Source: Bugula neritina (Eukaryota > Animalia > Bryozoa). From it: a DNA stretch of 64,000 nt. The stretch is from NCBI GenBank assembly GCA_964035545.1, contig OZ037767.1, positions 17,729,781-17,793,780 of the forward strand, read 5' to 3'. Of this stretch, positions 23,342 to 34,200 are shown piece after piece. The notes under the pieces are model-generated. The model worked only from the letters and a program-made list of their open reading frames with translations, was not told the DNA's origin and ran no database searches. A program made the translations under genes and the position numbers. Every line of letters begins with the position of its first letter. Positions within the stretch are counted from its first letter, which is position 1.

Positions 23342-26300
23342 ATGGACGAGGGAGTAACTTCAATGGAAGGAGGTGAGCAGAACATTATTATAGGCCCTCT
23401 CGGAGCTGGAGAGGAGGTATATAGGAACACGTTGGAGGTTCCCGTGTTCACAGGCCGCGAGGATATTGAACAATTCGTTCAAGAATTTCGTGAAGCTGCA
23501 GCCATTACAAGATGGCCGCCAAGAGTAACCCTTATGAAACTACGGATGGCACTGACGGGAGAAGCCAAGCCGTACGGGTGGAAGCCTAGCATAAACGGGA
23601 TCATTGCTACACTACGGGCCCGTTTTGGCATGCCCGCTGCCGTTGCCAAGTCCAGGCTGCGAGGATTACTCCGCAAGACAGGTACACCGCTTTCTGACCA
23701 CGCCATTCTGGTGCAGAGACTGGCACGGACCGCGTATAGCGATCTGCCAGAAACACACAGACGGCACTACACGTTCGAAGCCTTTGTACAGTCTCTCAAC
23801 TCTTTGGACTTCCACCACCAGTTACAAGCCAAGGGAGTGACCACAATCGAGGCTGCAATCCAGGAGAACAAAGCCTACGCTGGAGCCGAGCGACTCTATA
23901 AGACGGAAGAGACCACTCCCCAGACCTCTAGGGAACCAGACCATCCGGTCCACACAGCTGCCACGACCACTAAACCCCCCATAGAGATGGAGATAAGCCG
24001 CTTGATGACTAGGCTGGGACAACTAGTGGCGACGATAACACACAACCACTCAAGGAAGAGTAAGAAGACGGCAGCAAAACCCCCCAGACCTATGATGCGA
24101 CGAAAGGAAAGCGGCAACCAGGGACACCGCCACCTGAGCGGCCCACGATTCAAACGGCAGCAGAAACCACAACCTCCCCGGAGACCCCCAGAGCTCCGCG
24201 GGCACACACAGAGAGGAAAACGGGGTGGATGTCGCCAGGAGCCCGTACGGGCCCAGCAACACACCCCCCGTCAATGGCAAACACCTCGCCGAACCAGCCA
24301 ACCGGGTCGACCACGAGACCCCTTCTCTTTGCCTCTCACCAACCGCTTCAGTCCGTTACCAGTAATGGAACAGACCAGCGAGGCCCCTCAGGGCATCGGG
24401 GAGGATCAGAACGCCTCCCCGCAAGGAAACTCTCACCGGCCCCGCAAACCGCGGAACAAACGGGCACAGCCCCGTTCGGCCGAGACCGAGCACGCTGGGG
24501 GAGTACGGGTACAACCTCACGGAGGCAGCTACTTCTTGCCAGGGAAGGTGGCCGGTAAAGCTGTCACCTTCCTGCTAGACTCCGGGTGTACCACTAATCT
24601 CCTCAGCCGTCGGGTCTTCGACACCCTCCCTCTCAAGGAGAGGGGAGCCTTAGCTCCCTATACCGGGGAACCGGGCACCCTAGCTGACGGGTCACGGATT
24701 CCTTTCTACGGTATCATAGAATTGGCTGGGCGCGTCCGCGACCAGGCCATTCAGGAAACCTTCGTCATCAGCCCACTGGAGGAAGATGCCATACTGGGGA
24801 TGCCGTTCTTGAAGAGACACGGGTGCCATATTGACTTTAGCAAGTCAGCCATGCTAATGGGCGGCAAAGAACTCACCTGTGTCGACAAGTTCGGTCGTCC
24901 TCTAGCGGGAGGTGTGCAGGTAGTACGCAACTGTACTATACCCGGCCGCTCCCGGGCTACCGTTCACTGCAGAGTGAACAATAGCCAACTCTCGGGGCTA
25001 GGGGTTGTCGAAGGTGCGCACACTAGAATCCAACTCGCCAGCAGTCTAAACCGGCTGACTGACCGAGGAGAGATCTTGGTGCAGTGTGTCAACCCCTTCT
25101 CCGAAGCGGTACAATTACCGTCAGGATCCATGCTGGGTCGCTTCCACTCCATCCAGGAGGAGGATATAGGGCCGTCGCTGGGAGCTGCGACGGAAGGTCC
25201 CCGACAGAGCCCGTCAGTTAGGCGGGGGACCGTCCCATCACACGTCAAAGAGCTATACCAGGCAGCGTGTAACGGCTGCACGGGCAACGTGGAACGCCAG
25301 ACTATGGCTCAGTTGCTACGTGATTATAGCGACGTGTTCAGCAGTGGGGACCATGACGTCGGCCTGACTACGGCCGTCCGTCATGAGATACCGCTGGCTG
25401 CAGGGACTACCCCTATTCGGCAGCCCACTAGGAGGCTGGGACCCGAGAAGGAAAAGGAGGTCAGCCAACAAGTCCGGGATCTTTTGGACCGCGGCCTCAT
25501 CGAGCCAGCACATAGTGCGTGGAGTTCACCGGTCGTTCTGGTCCGAAAGAAAGACGGCAGTTGGCGGTTCTGTGTGGATTATCGCAAGCTCAATAGCGTG
25601 ACCATACAGGACGCCTACCCCTTACCCAGGATCGACGAATCTCTGGACGCCTTAGCCGGCAGCAAGTACTTCAGTACGCTAGACTTGTTGAGCGGCTATT
25701 GGCAGGTCCCCCTCAGCCCAGACGCCCAGGAGAAGGCGGCGTTCATCACGCGGGACGGCTTATGGAAGTGGAAAGTCCTCCCCTTCGGACTGACTTCTGC
25801 CCCCGCCACGTTCCAGCGGCTCATGGAACAGGTCCTCAGTGGACTCCACTGGAAGACACTGCTAGTATACCTCGACGACGTCATCGTGATCTCCCCAGAC
25901 TTTCAGACACACGTCAGCCGTCTGCGGGAGGTCTTCGATCGACTCCGAGGCGCCAATCTGAAGCTCAAACCCTCCAAGTGCGCTCTCTTGCAGCCAGAGG
26001 TGAAGTACCTGGGGCACATCGTCGGCCGTCACGGTGTGGCGACGGATCCTGAAAAGGTACGAGCTATAGAAGATTGGGTAACCCCCCAGGATTTGACCGG
26101 GCTACGGGCTTTCCTGGGGCTGGTAGGGTATTACAGGCAATACATACCAGACTTTGCGGGGGTAGCGCAGCCATTAAACCGGCTCACCGCAAAGGGGGTG
26201 ACCTGGCAGTGGACTCCCGTCGAACAGAGAGCGTTCGACTGCCTCAAAGGCCGCCTGCTGGAGGCCCCTATCCTGGCCTACCCAGACCCTGCCCTGGAGT

Positions 26301-28801
26301 ACATCCTCGATACTGACGCCAGTGACCAAAATGTCGGCGCTGTGCTGTCCCAGGTGCAGGAGGGCCGCGAAGTAGTCGTGGCCTACTACAGTAAGTCTCT
26401 CTCGCCCACTGAACGAAATTACTGCACTACCCGAAAGGAATTGCTGGCAGTAATCAAGTCAGTGAAGCATTTCAGACCTTATCTATACGGCAGGAAGTTC
26501 CGCTTGCGAACCGACCACGCCTCCTTGATTTGGTTATGTAAGAGAGCAGAACCGTCCAGCCAAGTCGCCCGATGGCTCGAGGTCCTAGCTGAGTTTTCTT
26601 ACCGGATCGAGCACCGACCCGGTAAGAAACACGGCAATGCTGATGGACTGAGCCGGCGACCGGACGAGGGGTGTAAACAGTGCCTCAACATCGAGAAGAG
26701 GGACGGAGGTCCTCCAAAATCCGAGTTGAGAGCACTGAACCACTCTGAAACGGAGTATGACTGGGACCAGGGTCAACTCCTACAGAAGGCCGCTACGCCC
26801 CCGGAGGCTATCCAACGCCTCCGTGCCAATCCTGTCTTGGCTGATAACGTTAGGGAGCTACGAAGACTCCAGGAGGACCTCCCTGGAGTGGTAGCCGACG
26901 TATATCGTGCCAAAAAGGAGGGGCGACGACCCAGTGAAGAACAACTGCGGCAGGGATGCACCGAGTTACGGTCGTACTGCCAACGTTGGGACTCCCTGCG
27001 GATCGGGCCAGATGGTCTGCTGACCATCACAGTGGCTGCTCACAACAACCAGTACGGCAGGAAGAGGGTGATCTGCCCAGCCGCCATACGCCGGGAGTTA
27101 GTATGGGACACCCACAAGCAAGCCCACGCCGGGGCGAGCAGGGTGCTCTCCAAGTTACGACTCCGGTGGTACTGGCCCGGCATGGAGCGTGAGGTGCGGC
27201 GTAGAGTCAAACAATGCGAAATCTGCCAGGCCAGCAAGCATGGCCGTCTCCCTGGTGAAGCGGGACGGCGTAGGTTATATGCTGGAAGGCCGTGGCAGGT
27301 GGTAGCTATCGACCTAGTCGGACCCATGCCCGTCACCCCCAGAGGAAACAGTTGGATCCTAGTATTAACCGACCACTTTACACGGTGGGCGGATGCCCTG
27401 GCTATTCCAGATGCGTCCGCCCCCACAGTGGCCAGGGTGCTGGATCAAAATGTATTCTGCTATCTTGGACTACCTGAGCAAATACATTCGGACCAGGGGG
27501 CTCAATTCCAGTCCCAACTGTTGAGCGACCTCTGCCGCCTCTGGGGAGTAAACCAAAGCAGGACCACCCCGTACCATCCTCAGGGCAACGGGGTGGTGGA
27601 ACGCAACAATCGCATGTTGGGCGATGCACTGCGCAGTCTGCTCCTCGGCCGGGGTCAGGAGGAGTGGGATACGGTACTGCCGCAAGTCATGCGGGCCTAC
27701 CGTAGTACACCACACACCAGTACGGGGGAAACCCCTAACCTCCTGATGCTCGGTCGAGAGACGCGAGTGCCTGACCACTTCACATACCACATCCCAGAGC
27801 AGGACTATACCATCCACGAGTATGCCAGTAAATTGATAGAGGACCTGAGGGCCGCACACGAAATACTGCGGGCGAAGCAGTGGCAGGTACGGCGAGAGGA
27901 CTCTCAGGAACCACCTCTCTATCGAACTGGGGACTGGGTGTGGATGGTCAACTACCGTAGGCGTCGAGGACAAGCGGCTAAGCTCCAGCCTAAGTTTGTG
28001 GGACCCTACGTAGTAGTTGAGGCTATGCCCAATCATACGTACAAGTTGGAGCGATCTGGACAGGTCTCTGTCCAGAACGAAACCCGCTTGAAACCGTATT
28101 GGGCTAGCCCAGGAGCAGCAGGAGCAGCCCCCCCGTTGTTGGAGCCCAGGAGGCAGACAGTAACGCGTGGGCGGCAACGGCATGGACCCGAGTACGAAGT
28201 GGTCGTGCCGCGGGGAGAGGACTTGGTGAGGCAGGAGACGCCACTCCCACCAACGGAAGTGCGCCCACCGCCCCCAGTACCAAGTCTACCCCCACCACTT
28301 CCGGTTCCGCATCCGCGTCCGGAAGTGCAAAACCCCCCCGTGGGAGGGGCTCCATCTGGAGACAACAGCGGAGAGGGGAACACCACCACCAACGGCGGGC
28401 CAGAAACACCACAGGTGGAGCAAAATAGCCCACCAGTGAGTACGCCGCCCCAACCAACAGCTACAACTCCCTCTCCAGCTGATACGTCACCTCCCCTGGA
28501 ACGGGGACAGCGTACTAGACAACCCCCAGCATACCTTCAAGACTACATATGTGACCGTGTTACAAACGGCAATTATGAAAGTCTAGCTGGGCGCCGTACG
28601 GAAGGACTGGCAGCAAAGCGTGGGAGTTGTGAACACCACGGAAATCTCAACTTTTGCGAAGGCGGAGTAGTAAACAAAACTACTGCGCCCGGGGCAAATA
28701 GTTCCAGCCGTGCGCAACAACCACGCTGCCCAGTTTTTTCGTACGCTGACATTGTCAAGGGAAGACGCATTCAAACTCAATCCACGGACATCCAAGCTTG
28801 A
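23342..28801 (+). CDS. Gag-Pol polyprotein (capsid, aspartic protease, RT, RNase H, integrase), 1819 aa, single frame
   Basis: FLLDSGCT protease; WRFCVDYRKLN, LPFGLTSAPATFQR and YLDD RT; ILDTDASD..FRLRTDH..NADGLSR RNase H; H..H..CEIC, IDLVGP, IHSDQG, NGVVERNN integrase; KFVGPY motif. Confidence 0.97.
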   Translation: MDEGVTSMEGGEQNIIIGPLGAGEEVYRNTLEVPVFTGREDIEQFVQEFREAAAITRWPPRVTLMKLRMALTGEAKPYGWKPSINGIIATLRARFGMPAAVAKSRLRGLLRKTGTPLSDHAILVQRLARTAYSDLPETHRRHYTFEAFVQSLNSLDFHHQLQAKGVTTIEAAIQENKAYAGAERLYKTEETTPQTSREPDHPVHTAATTTKPPIEMEISRLMTRLGQLVATITHNHSRKSKKTAAKPPRPMMRRKESGNQGHRHLSGPRFKRQQKPQPPRRPPELRGHTQRGKRGGCRQEPVRAQQHTPRQWQTPRRTSQPGRPRDPFSLPLTNRFSPLPVMEQTSEAPQGIGEDQNASPQGNSHRPRKPRNKRAQPRSAETEHAGGVRVQPHGGSYFLPGKVAGKAVTFLLDSGCTTNLLSRRVFDTLPLKERGALAPYTGEPGTLADGSRIPFYGIIELAGRVRDQAIQETFVISPLEEDAILGMPFLKRHGCHIDFSKSAMLMGGKELTCVDKFGRPLAGGVQVVRNCTIPGRSRATVHCRVNNSQLSGLGVVEGAHTRIQLASSLNRLTDRGEILVQCVNPFSEAVQLPSGSMLGRFHSIQEEDIGPSLGAATEGPRQSPSVRRGTVPSHVKELYQAACNGCTGNVERQTMAQLLRDYSDVFSSGDHDVGLTTAVRHEIPLAAGTTPIRQPTRRLGPEKEKEVSQQVRDLLDRGLIEPAHSAWSSPVVLVRKKDGSWRFCVDYRKLNSVTIQDAYPLPRIDESLDALAGSKYFSTLDLLSGYWQVPLSPDAQEKAAFITRDGLWKWKVLPFGLTSAPATFQRLMEQVLSGLHWKTLLVYLDDVIVISPDFQTHVSRLREVFDRLRGANLKLKPSKCALLQPEVKYLGHIVGRHGVATDPEKVRAIEDWVTPQDLTGLRAFLGLVGYYRQYIPDFAGVAQPLNRLTAKGVTWQWTPVEQRAFDCLKGRLLEAPILAYPDPALEYILDTDASDQNVGAVLSQVQEGREVVVAYYSKSLSPTERNYCTTRKELLAVIKSVKHFRPYLYGRKFRLRTDHASLIWLCKRAEPSSQVARWLEVLAEFSYRIEHRPGKKHGNADGLSRRPDEGCKQCLNIEKRDGGPPKSELRALNHSETEYDWDQGQLLQKAATPPEAIQRLRANPVLADNVRELRRLQEDLPGVVADVYRAKKEGRRPSEEQLRQGCTELRSYCQRWDSLRIGPDGLLTITVAAHNNQYGRKRVICPAAIRRELVWDTHKQAHAGASRVLSKLRLRWYWPGMEREVRRRVKQCEICQASKHGRLPGEAGRRRLYAGRPWQVVAIDLVGPMPVTPRGNSWILVLTDHFTRWADALAIPDASAPTVARVLDQNVFCYLGLPEQIHSDQGAQFQSQLLSDLCRLWGVNQSRTTPYHPQGNGVVERNNRMLGDALRSLLLGRGQEEWDTVLPQVMRAYRSTPHTSTGETPNLLMLGRETRVPDHFTYHIPEQDYTIHEYASKLIEDLRAAHEILRAKQWQVRREDSQEPPLYRTGDWVWMVNYRRRRGQAAKLQPKFVGPYVVVEAMPNHTYKLERSGQVSVQNETRLKPYWASPGAAGAAPPLLEPRRQTVTRGRQRHGPEYEVVVPRGEDLVRQETPLPPTEVRPPPPVPSLPPPLPVPHPRPEVQNPPVGGAPSGDNSGEGNTTTNGGPETPQVEQNSPPVSTPPQPTATTPSPADTSPPLERGQRTRQPPAYLQDYICDRVTNGNYESLAGRRTEGLAAKRGSCEHHGNLNFCEGGVVNKTTAPGANSSSRAQQPRCPVFSYADIVKGRRIQTQSTDIQA

Positions 28802-28866
28802 ACGCTGAGTATGATTACAAATACCGGGTTCTCAGGTAAGCTTGCTCTGAGCTATCATTTCCACTC

Positions 28867-29955
28867 ATGGAAACCAGTCTACCATCAGTCAGTTCTGATT
28901 TAATCGCCTTGATTGAATCACAACTACTGGGGACTGAGTCCTACGTGAAAGGCGACGAGAACATAAAGATGGCCGACGATCTACTAGATCTGGAGCTTGA
29001 CACTATGTCTCTCTGTCAGTCTACACGACACGACTCAGTCCCGCGAGTGCTATCTGAAAAGATGTATGACTCTCAGACTAGTAACAGTCGGTTGTCATCA
29101 GAATTATGGTGTAAAGATCATATCCGATCTAACAGTAATTCTGCTCTTTTAGATACCGCTCTCTCTCCTCTATCTGGTGACATGCCGTCACTAGAAATGG
29201 CTTGGAACGAGGAACCCGTTCCCACTACTCTTCCGGAGGCACTCCTACAACAATCATGCTGGGTTACAACAGATACGGAAACACTGATACGAGAGCACAA
29301 AGGAGATGACCAATGCACCACCTGCCGTTTATGCCAGCTTCACTTCACTACCCCACGAAGACTCCGAGTTCATATTCCCCAACATTACTTCACCACCTTT
29401 TGTCCCTGTGGTGAATATAGTTACCACAGGGACTACATCCTCCGTCACCAACGAACCATGGGATGCCATATTGGACACCTATTCGAAGTCGACGAACCCT
29501 CCTTTCCACAATTCCTTAATCTCATCCGACCGTTCATATCAGACCCAGTTCGATATGAACGGCTGCGCCAGGAGTTCCCCGCACCCAGGACCATCACACA
29601 GGGACCCTGCCCTAAACCACCCGGATATAGGAAACCCCGCATATCCCATTCCTCACCCCCCGCACGCACAGTGCCTCGCCCCGACTCTATACCAAGAGTC
29701 GTGTTACGACGCATCGATATACCACAGCGATGGCGTCCCTCCCCCCCTGTCTCCCCGAGGCCGTCTCGTAAGCGGCGTTGGCCATCTTCATCCCCCAATC
29801 GACACTCTGCCCCCGCCAGGAATCTAGGCGAGGCAGAAGAGCGGATACGAGAATTAGAGAAAGAGGTGCAAAGACTGACACCGAGAATCTCCGCCGCCGC
29901 ATCAGAACTCCGGGCCCTCTCTGCCTCTGTAGCCCGAATGAAAGGAAGTGCTTGA
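28867..29955 (+). CDS. Second retrotransposon ORF (362 aa): tandem C2H2 zinc fingers, basic patch, C-terminal coiled coil; not Env-like
   Basis: Uninterrupted ORF between pol and the 3' LTR; CRLCQLHFTTPRRLRVHIPQH and CPCGEYSYHRDYILRHQRTMGCH; RPSRKRR; LGEAEERIRELEKEVQRL heptads; no signal peptide or transmembrane segment. Confidence 0.8.
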   Translation: METSLPSVSSDLIALIESQLLGTESYVKGDENIKMADDLLDLELDTMSLCQSTRHDSVPRVLSEKMYDSQTSNSRLSSELWCKDHIRSNSNSALLDTALSPLSGDMPSLEMAWNEEPVPTTLPEALLQQSCWVTTDTETLIREHKGDDQCTTCRLCQLHFTTPRRLRVHIPQHYFTTFCPCGEYSYHRDYILRHQRTMGCHIGHLFEVDEPSFPQFLNLIRPFISDPVRYERLRQEFPAPRTITQGPCPKPPGYRKPRISHSSPPARTVPRPDSIPRVVLRRIDIPQRWRPSPPVSPRPSRKRRWPSSSPNRHSAPARNLGEAEERIRELEKEVQRLTPRISAAASELRALSASVARMKGSA

Positions 29956-30300
29956 AGGTGATGTCCCTCCTTTCCTATCCGTGATGGTACAGCAGGTGGT
30001 GCCCCAGTACAGACCCTCCTCACGCTAGTGCTCACAGACAATTACTCAGTGTAACAATATAGTAACCTACCAGTATACAGCTCTACCTCTACAAACTATT
30101 CCCTTATAGTGCCTCCCGCCGGTGCCATTGTACATTTACTGTTATATTTTTTTTATGTATGTATATGTTTCTTACTACTGTATATAGCCATGTTTTTCTT
30201 TTATGTACCACACGCTCTCTCGGTTTTTTTTTATATAGTTTTATAACATTTTATGTTCGAAATTATTGTATCTGTGTTATCAGAAAGTAGGGCTTTCTGC

Positions 30301-30311
30301 TGGGGGGGCGG
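30301..30311 (+). promoter_or_regulatory. Polypurine tract TGGGGGGGCGG
   Basis: G-rich run immediately before the 3' LTR. Confidence 0.75.
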
Positions 30312-30582
30312 TGTAGTAAGGACGTAATGCGCGCGTCCCCCGTATTCCTTCAGCCTATCCAAGTGCGTCACGTGATAGGCCTCAGTTAGTAGTAGTTTTG
30401 CAGTAGAGAGAGCGCGCTAACTAAGCGAGGATGTAATCTCTAATCTGTGTACGTGCTGTATCTTTTATATAATTAGTAGTAAATAAACTTGGAAACTTTT
30501 ACCTAAATACTTTATTGGTGTAGATAAATAGACATGATTACAAGCTAGGAACCCACGCATAGTAGTTACACAAATTACTACA
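30312..30582 (+). repeat. 3' LTR
   Basis: Matches the 5' LTR; followed by TSD GTAT. Confidence 0.97.
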
Positions 30583-31298
30583 GTATTCATCATCATGATT
30601 ATGATTATCATTAATCAATACAGTCAAAATGATAGTAACTATGACCAAATGCAATAACAGTGTGGTTGTTGATAACTGATCTTTACAATATAGTATAGTA
30701 ACTACCAGGATGATCTTCTATTCGTATAACAATACCTTGAGTTGAACTTGAAGACTGTATAGGCCGTGTAACGCTTTGTGATGCAGTCATAAATTTTGTT
30801 ACTTTTATTTTAACTTGATATTTTGAAAGTTGATTTATTTTGATTTTTAAATTGTCAAATTATAAGTTTTTTTGTTGCTGATATTTTCTAAAACTTGGAG
30901 TAGTGAGTTTTTAAATGAAGACATACTTGGCCATTCTAATTGCTTGTTGCTAATTAATCCCACTGACTTCTAATTTAATGTTTTAATGTACAATCTTGAA
31001 CTACAGTTTTTGTTATCACAATCAAGCTATCTTCCTTATGCAATGCTGTAAAATCATATTTCTATAAATTCACCCAAGTTGCAATATTATTGGCATAAGA
31101 GAATTTATATTCATTTCTAAATGTAGCATAACCTTCACAGTTTGACACAAACTCACAGTTACTACAGACTGGTGGTAGCATGGATTCCAAAGTATTAGTT
31201 CTACCAATTTAGTGGTTAGCTCCTACACTTTTCTTTCAGTGAGCTGTTTATTATTTGTAAAAATTTTATTCAGTTTGATACCAAACAGAAAATTGAGC

Positions 31299-34200
31299 AT
31301 GACCGGAAATGATGTAAGTTGGTCTCCGCCTGATGTTAGCTCGGACTCTTATATATTCACATCTACGAAGTCGGGGTAATTTCATAACTTCCCCTGCGTA
31401 GTTTTGTAATTACTTGGATCTGCTTTATCTCTGTACTCGTACAATTACTGCTTTACATTAACATTGGCTTCGCGTCTCTAGTTATCACTTTCACTTGTTT
31501 AAGGTTACCCAGCAATCCCCTGCTTATGCCGAGTGTAGGAAATGGGAACATTGCCACTGTAATCTACCGGGATAGGATTTTCATGAATGGATTGTACAAT
31601 GGAGCTGGTAAACAGAGCCACCGAGCTGCCATACCGGCTCTCAATCTGCTGAGGATACGCGACACGCTGGAGACAGATGTGTTTAGTCTCAACTGCCTGA
31701 CTGGGACCTTCACCCACGAGCAGCACAGAGACGGTGTGCGTGTTGTTCACTCTGTATACGCTCACAAGACTATTCCTAGCCTGCTGGTCAACCACATAAG
31801 TATGAGTAGGGTTGGGTCGAGAGAGGAAACCCTCATACAGCTGCAAGGTGGTACTGACTTTCATTCTCCTGATTTGGTGATGGAGGCTACTGCAGCTAGT
31901 ATTAGGTATTAGTATTAGGTAGTAGAGTAGTGAGTTTAGTTATACGTATTTGCTATGAATATTTATAGAGCAGTGAGTTTAGTTATACGTATTTGCTATG
32001 AATATTTATAGAGCAGTGGGTTTAGTTATACGTATTTGCTATAAATATTTATAGAGCAGTGAGTTTAGTTATACGTATTTGCTATGAATATTTATAAAGC
32101 AGTGAGTTTAGTTATACGTATTTGCTATGAATATTTATAAAGCAGTGAGTTTAGTTATACGTATTTGCTATGAATATTTATAGAGTAGTGAGTTTAGTTA
32201 TATGTTTTAGTACTGAGTGTTTCACTGGAAAGATTCTGGTGCCGGAGTCTGAAGATTACCAGCTGCAGATATCTTCTATTCATATAGTGATGGACAAACT
32301 GCCTGATGAGATTAAACTACCTCCTGGACAAGAGAGTGCTAGCTTTACTTTCATCATGTCTATTGACGTTACAGAAGAGAGAAGTTTAGCTCAATACTCT
32401 GAAGGTGCGCTTTCTCTAGCTAACCTCTGTTGTATGTACGTCTACTGTATGTATGTCTGTTGTATGTACGTCTGCTGTATGTACGTCTGCTGTGTGTACC
32501 TCTGCTGTATGTACGTCTGCTGTATGTACGTCTGCTGTATGTACCTCTGCTGTATGTACCTCTGCTGTATGTACCTCTGCTGTATGTACCTCTGCTGTAT
32601 GTACGTCTGCTGTATGTACCTCTGCTGTATGTACCTCTGCTGTATGTACCTCTACTGTATGTACGTCTGTTGTATGTACCTCTGCTGTATGTACGTCTGC
32701 TGTATGTACCTCTGCTGTATGTATGCCTGCTGTATGTACGTCTGCTGTATGTACGTCTGCTGTATGTATGTCTGCTGTATGTACGTCTGTTGTGTGTACG
32801 TCTGCTGTATGTACCTCTGCTGTATGTATGTCTGCTGTATGTACGTCTGCTGTATGTACGTCTGCTGTATGTACCTCTGCTGTATGTACTTCTGCTGTAT
32901 GTACGTCTGCTGTATATACGTCTGCTGTATGTACGTCTGCTTGCAGGCAAGAGACTAGCAGCCTCCTCTGCCCTCTACCAACTTCACTGTGAGAGTTGGA
33001 CCAGACAGTGGCAGGAGTCTAGAATAGACGTGTGGAGCAGCGACTTACTCACCAGACAGACTGTCTATGGCTGCCAGTATTACTTGATGTCTTCACTCCC
33101 ATCTCTCTCTTATCATCAGTCTTTTGCTCCCGGAGAGTTCTTTGGACTGAGCCCGGAGAGTCTGGCGTATGGAGACATGTCCGAGGACGACTATCTAGGT
33201 CACGTGTTCTGGGACCAGGAGACCTGGATGTACTCTCCATTTCTCTTACTACAACCGCAGCTTGCACAGAGTATGCTAAACACGAGGTTACGAGTACTCA
33301 GTCAGGCGAGGAAAAATGCTGTAAACAATAAAGTTGAAGGCGCTCAGTTTCCATGGGAACAAGGCGTGTCAGGTATATATGCTATGTACATTGTTTGTAT
33401 GCAGCTGTGAACATTCATTATCTACTGTGATGTCATATCTCACTGTGATGTCATATCTCACTGTGATGTCATATCCTGCTTACACAGGAATCCCAGTGTC
33501 ACCATCTGATGACTGTGAGAAGTATGAGCTACACATCAATGCTGACATATCGTTGGCTATTCGCCAGTTGGCCTACGCTACTGGCTCTGTCTCACAGGAG
33601 TTGCGGCAGCTGGCGGAGGAGCTAGCTGACTTCTGGAAGTCAAGAGTGACGTGGCTGGAGGAGAAGGAGCAGTTCGGAATTGTGGGTCTGTTTGTGTTTT
33701 CACATGTCTTTGCTTGCTCTCGCGTCTCTGGTAGAGATAACTATTAGCGTTATTTGTTGTTGAAGGAGTTATGCCCCCTGACGAGTTCAATTACCCTGTT
33801 GATAACTCCGCCTACACAAACACAGCCGCTAAGCTGTCCATTCAGCTGCCAGGTGAACTGCGATCTCTCCTCTCTCTGGCGGGGGGCGCTGGTAGTACGA
33901 CATCTGCGGCTTACCACGAGTGAGTCAGTACCGAATCATCTCTATACTCAGTACTGAGTCTTTGTTTGTAGTTTACTTTTGAAGTGCTAATAGTTGGTTG
34001 ACATTTTGGTGCAGTTGCTTTTGTGGGAAAGGAGTTATGTTCTATAAGTTGCCTGTGTTGTGTGTGCAACTCTGCTATAGCTAAACAGCCTGCGTTGACT
34101 AGTTAGTATTTATTTAGTAGACGGGCAGACAGTTATGAGATGTACGTCCCTTTTGATGAGACACTGGAGTACCACCCTGAGTTTGATGGGTATGATATAA

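Larger units (their letters stand above)
23010..30582 (+). mobile_element. Full-length Ty3/Gypsy LTR retrotransposon, 7573 bp, recent insertion
   Basis: Direct 271-bp LTRs at 23010-23280 and 30312-30582 with no difference found by eye; TGTAGTAA...TTACTACA termini; 4-bp TSD GTAT at 23006-23009 and 30583-30586; PBS and PPT present; intact ORF with PR-RT-RH-IN order; GC-rich relative to flanks. Confidence 0.98.

Noticed and set aside
23479-28795. Many short overlapping and antisense ORFs within gag-pol
   Set aside because: Expected shadow ORFs in GC-rich coding sequence; no recognisable motifs.
28867-29955. Env glycoprotein
   Set aside because: No signal peptide, fusion peptide or transmembrane anchor; has C2H2 fingers and an NLS-like patch instead.
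32405-32992. Cys-rich MYVCC, Arg-rich TYSRR and VCTSA repeat ORFs (metallothionein- or protamine-like)
   Set aside because: Translations of a 15-bp intronic minisatellite; the GH65 frame is restored by splicing it out.
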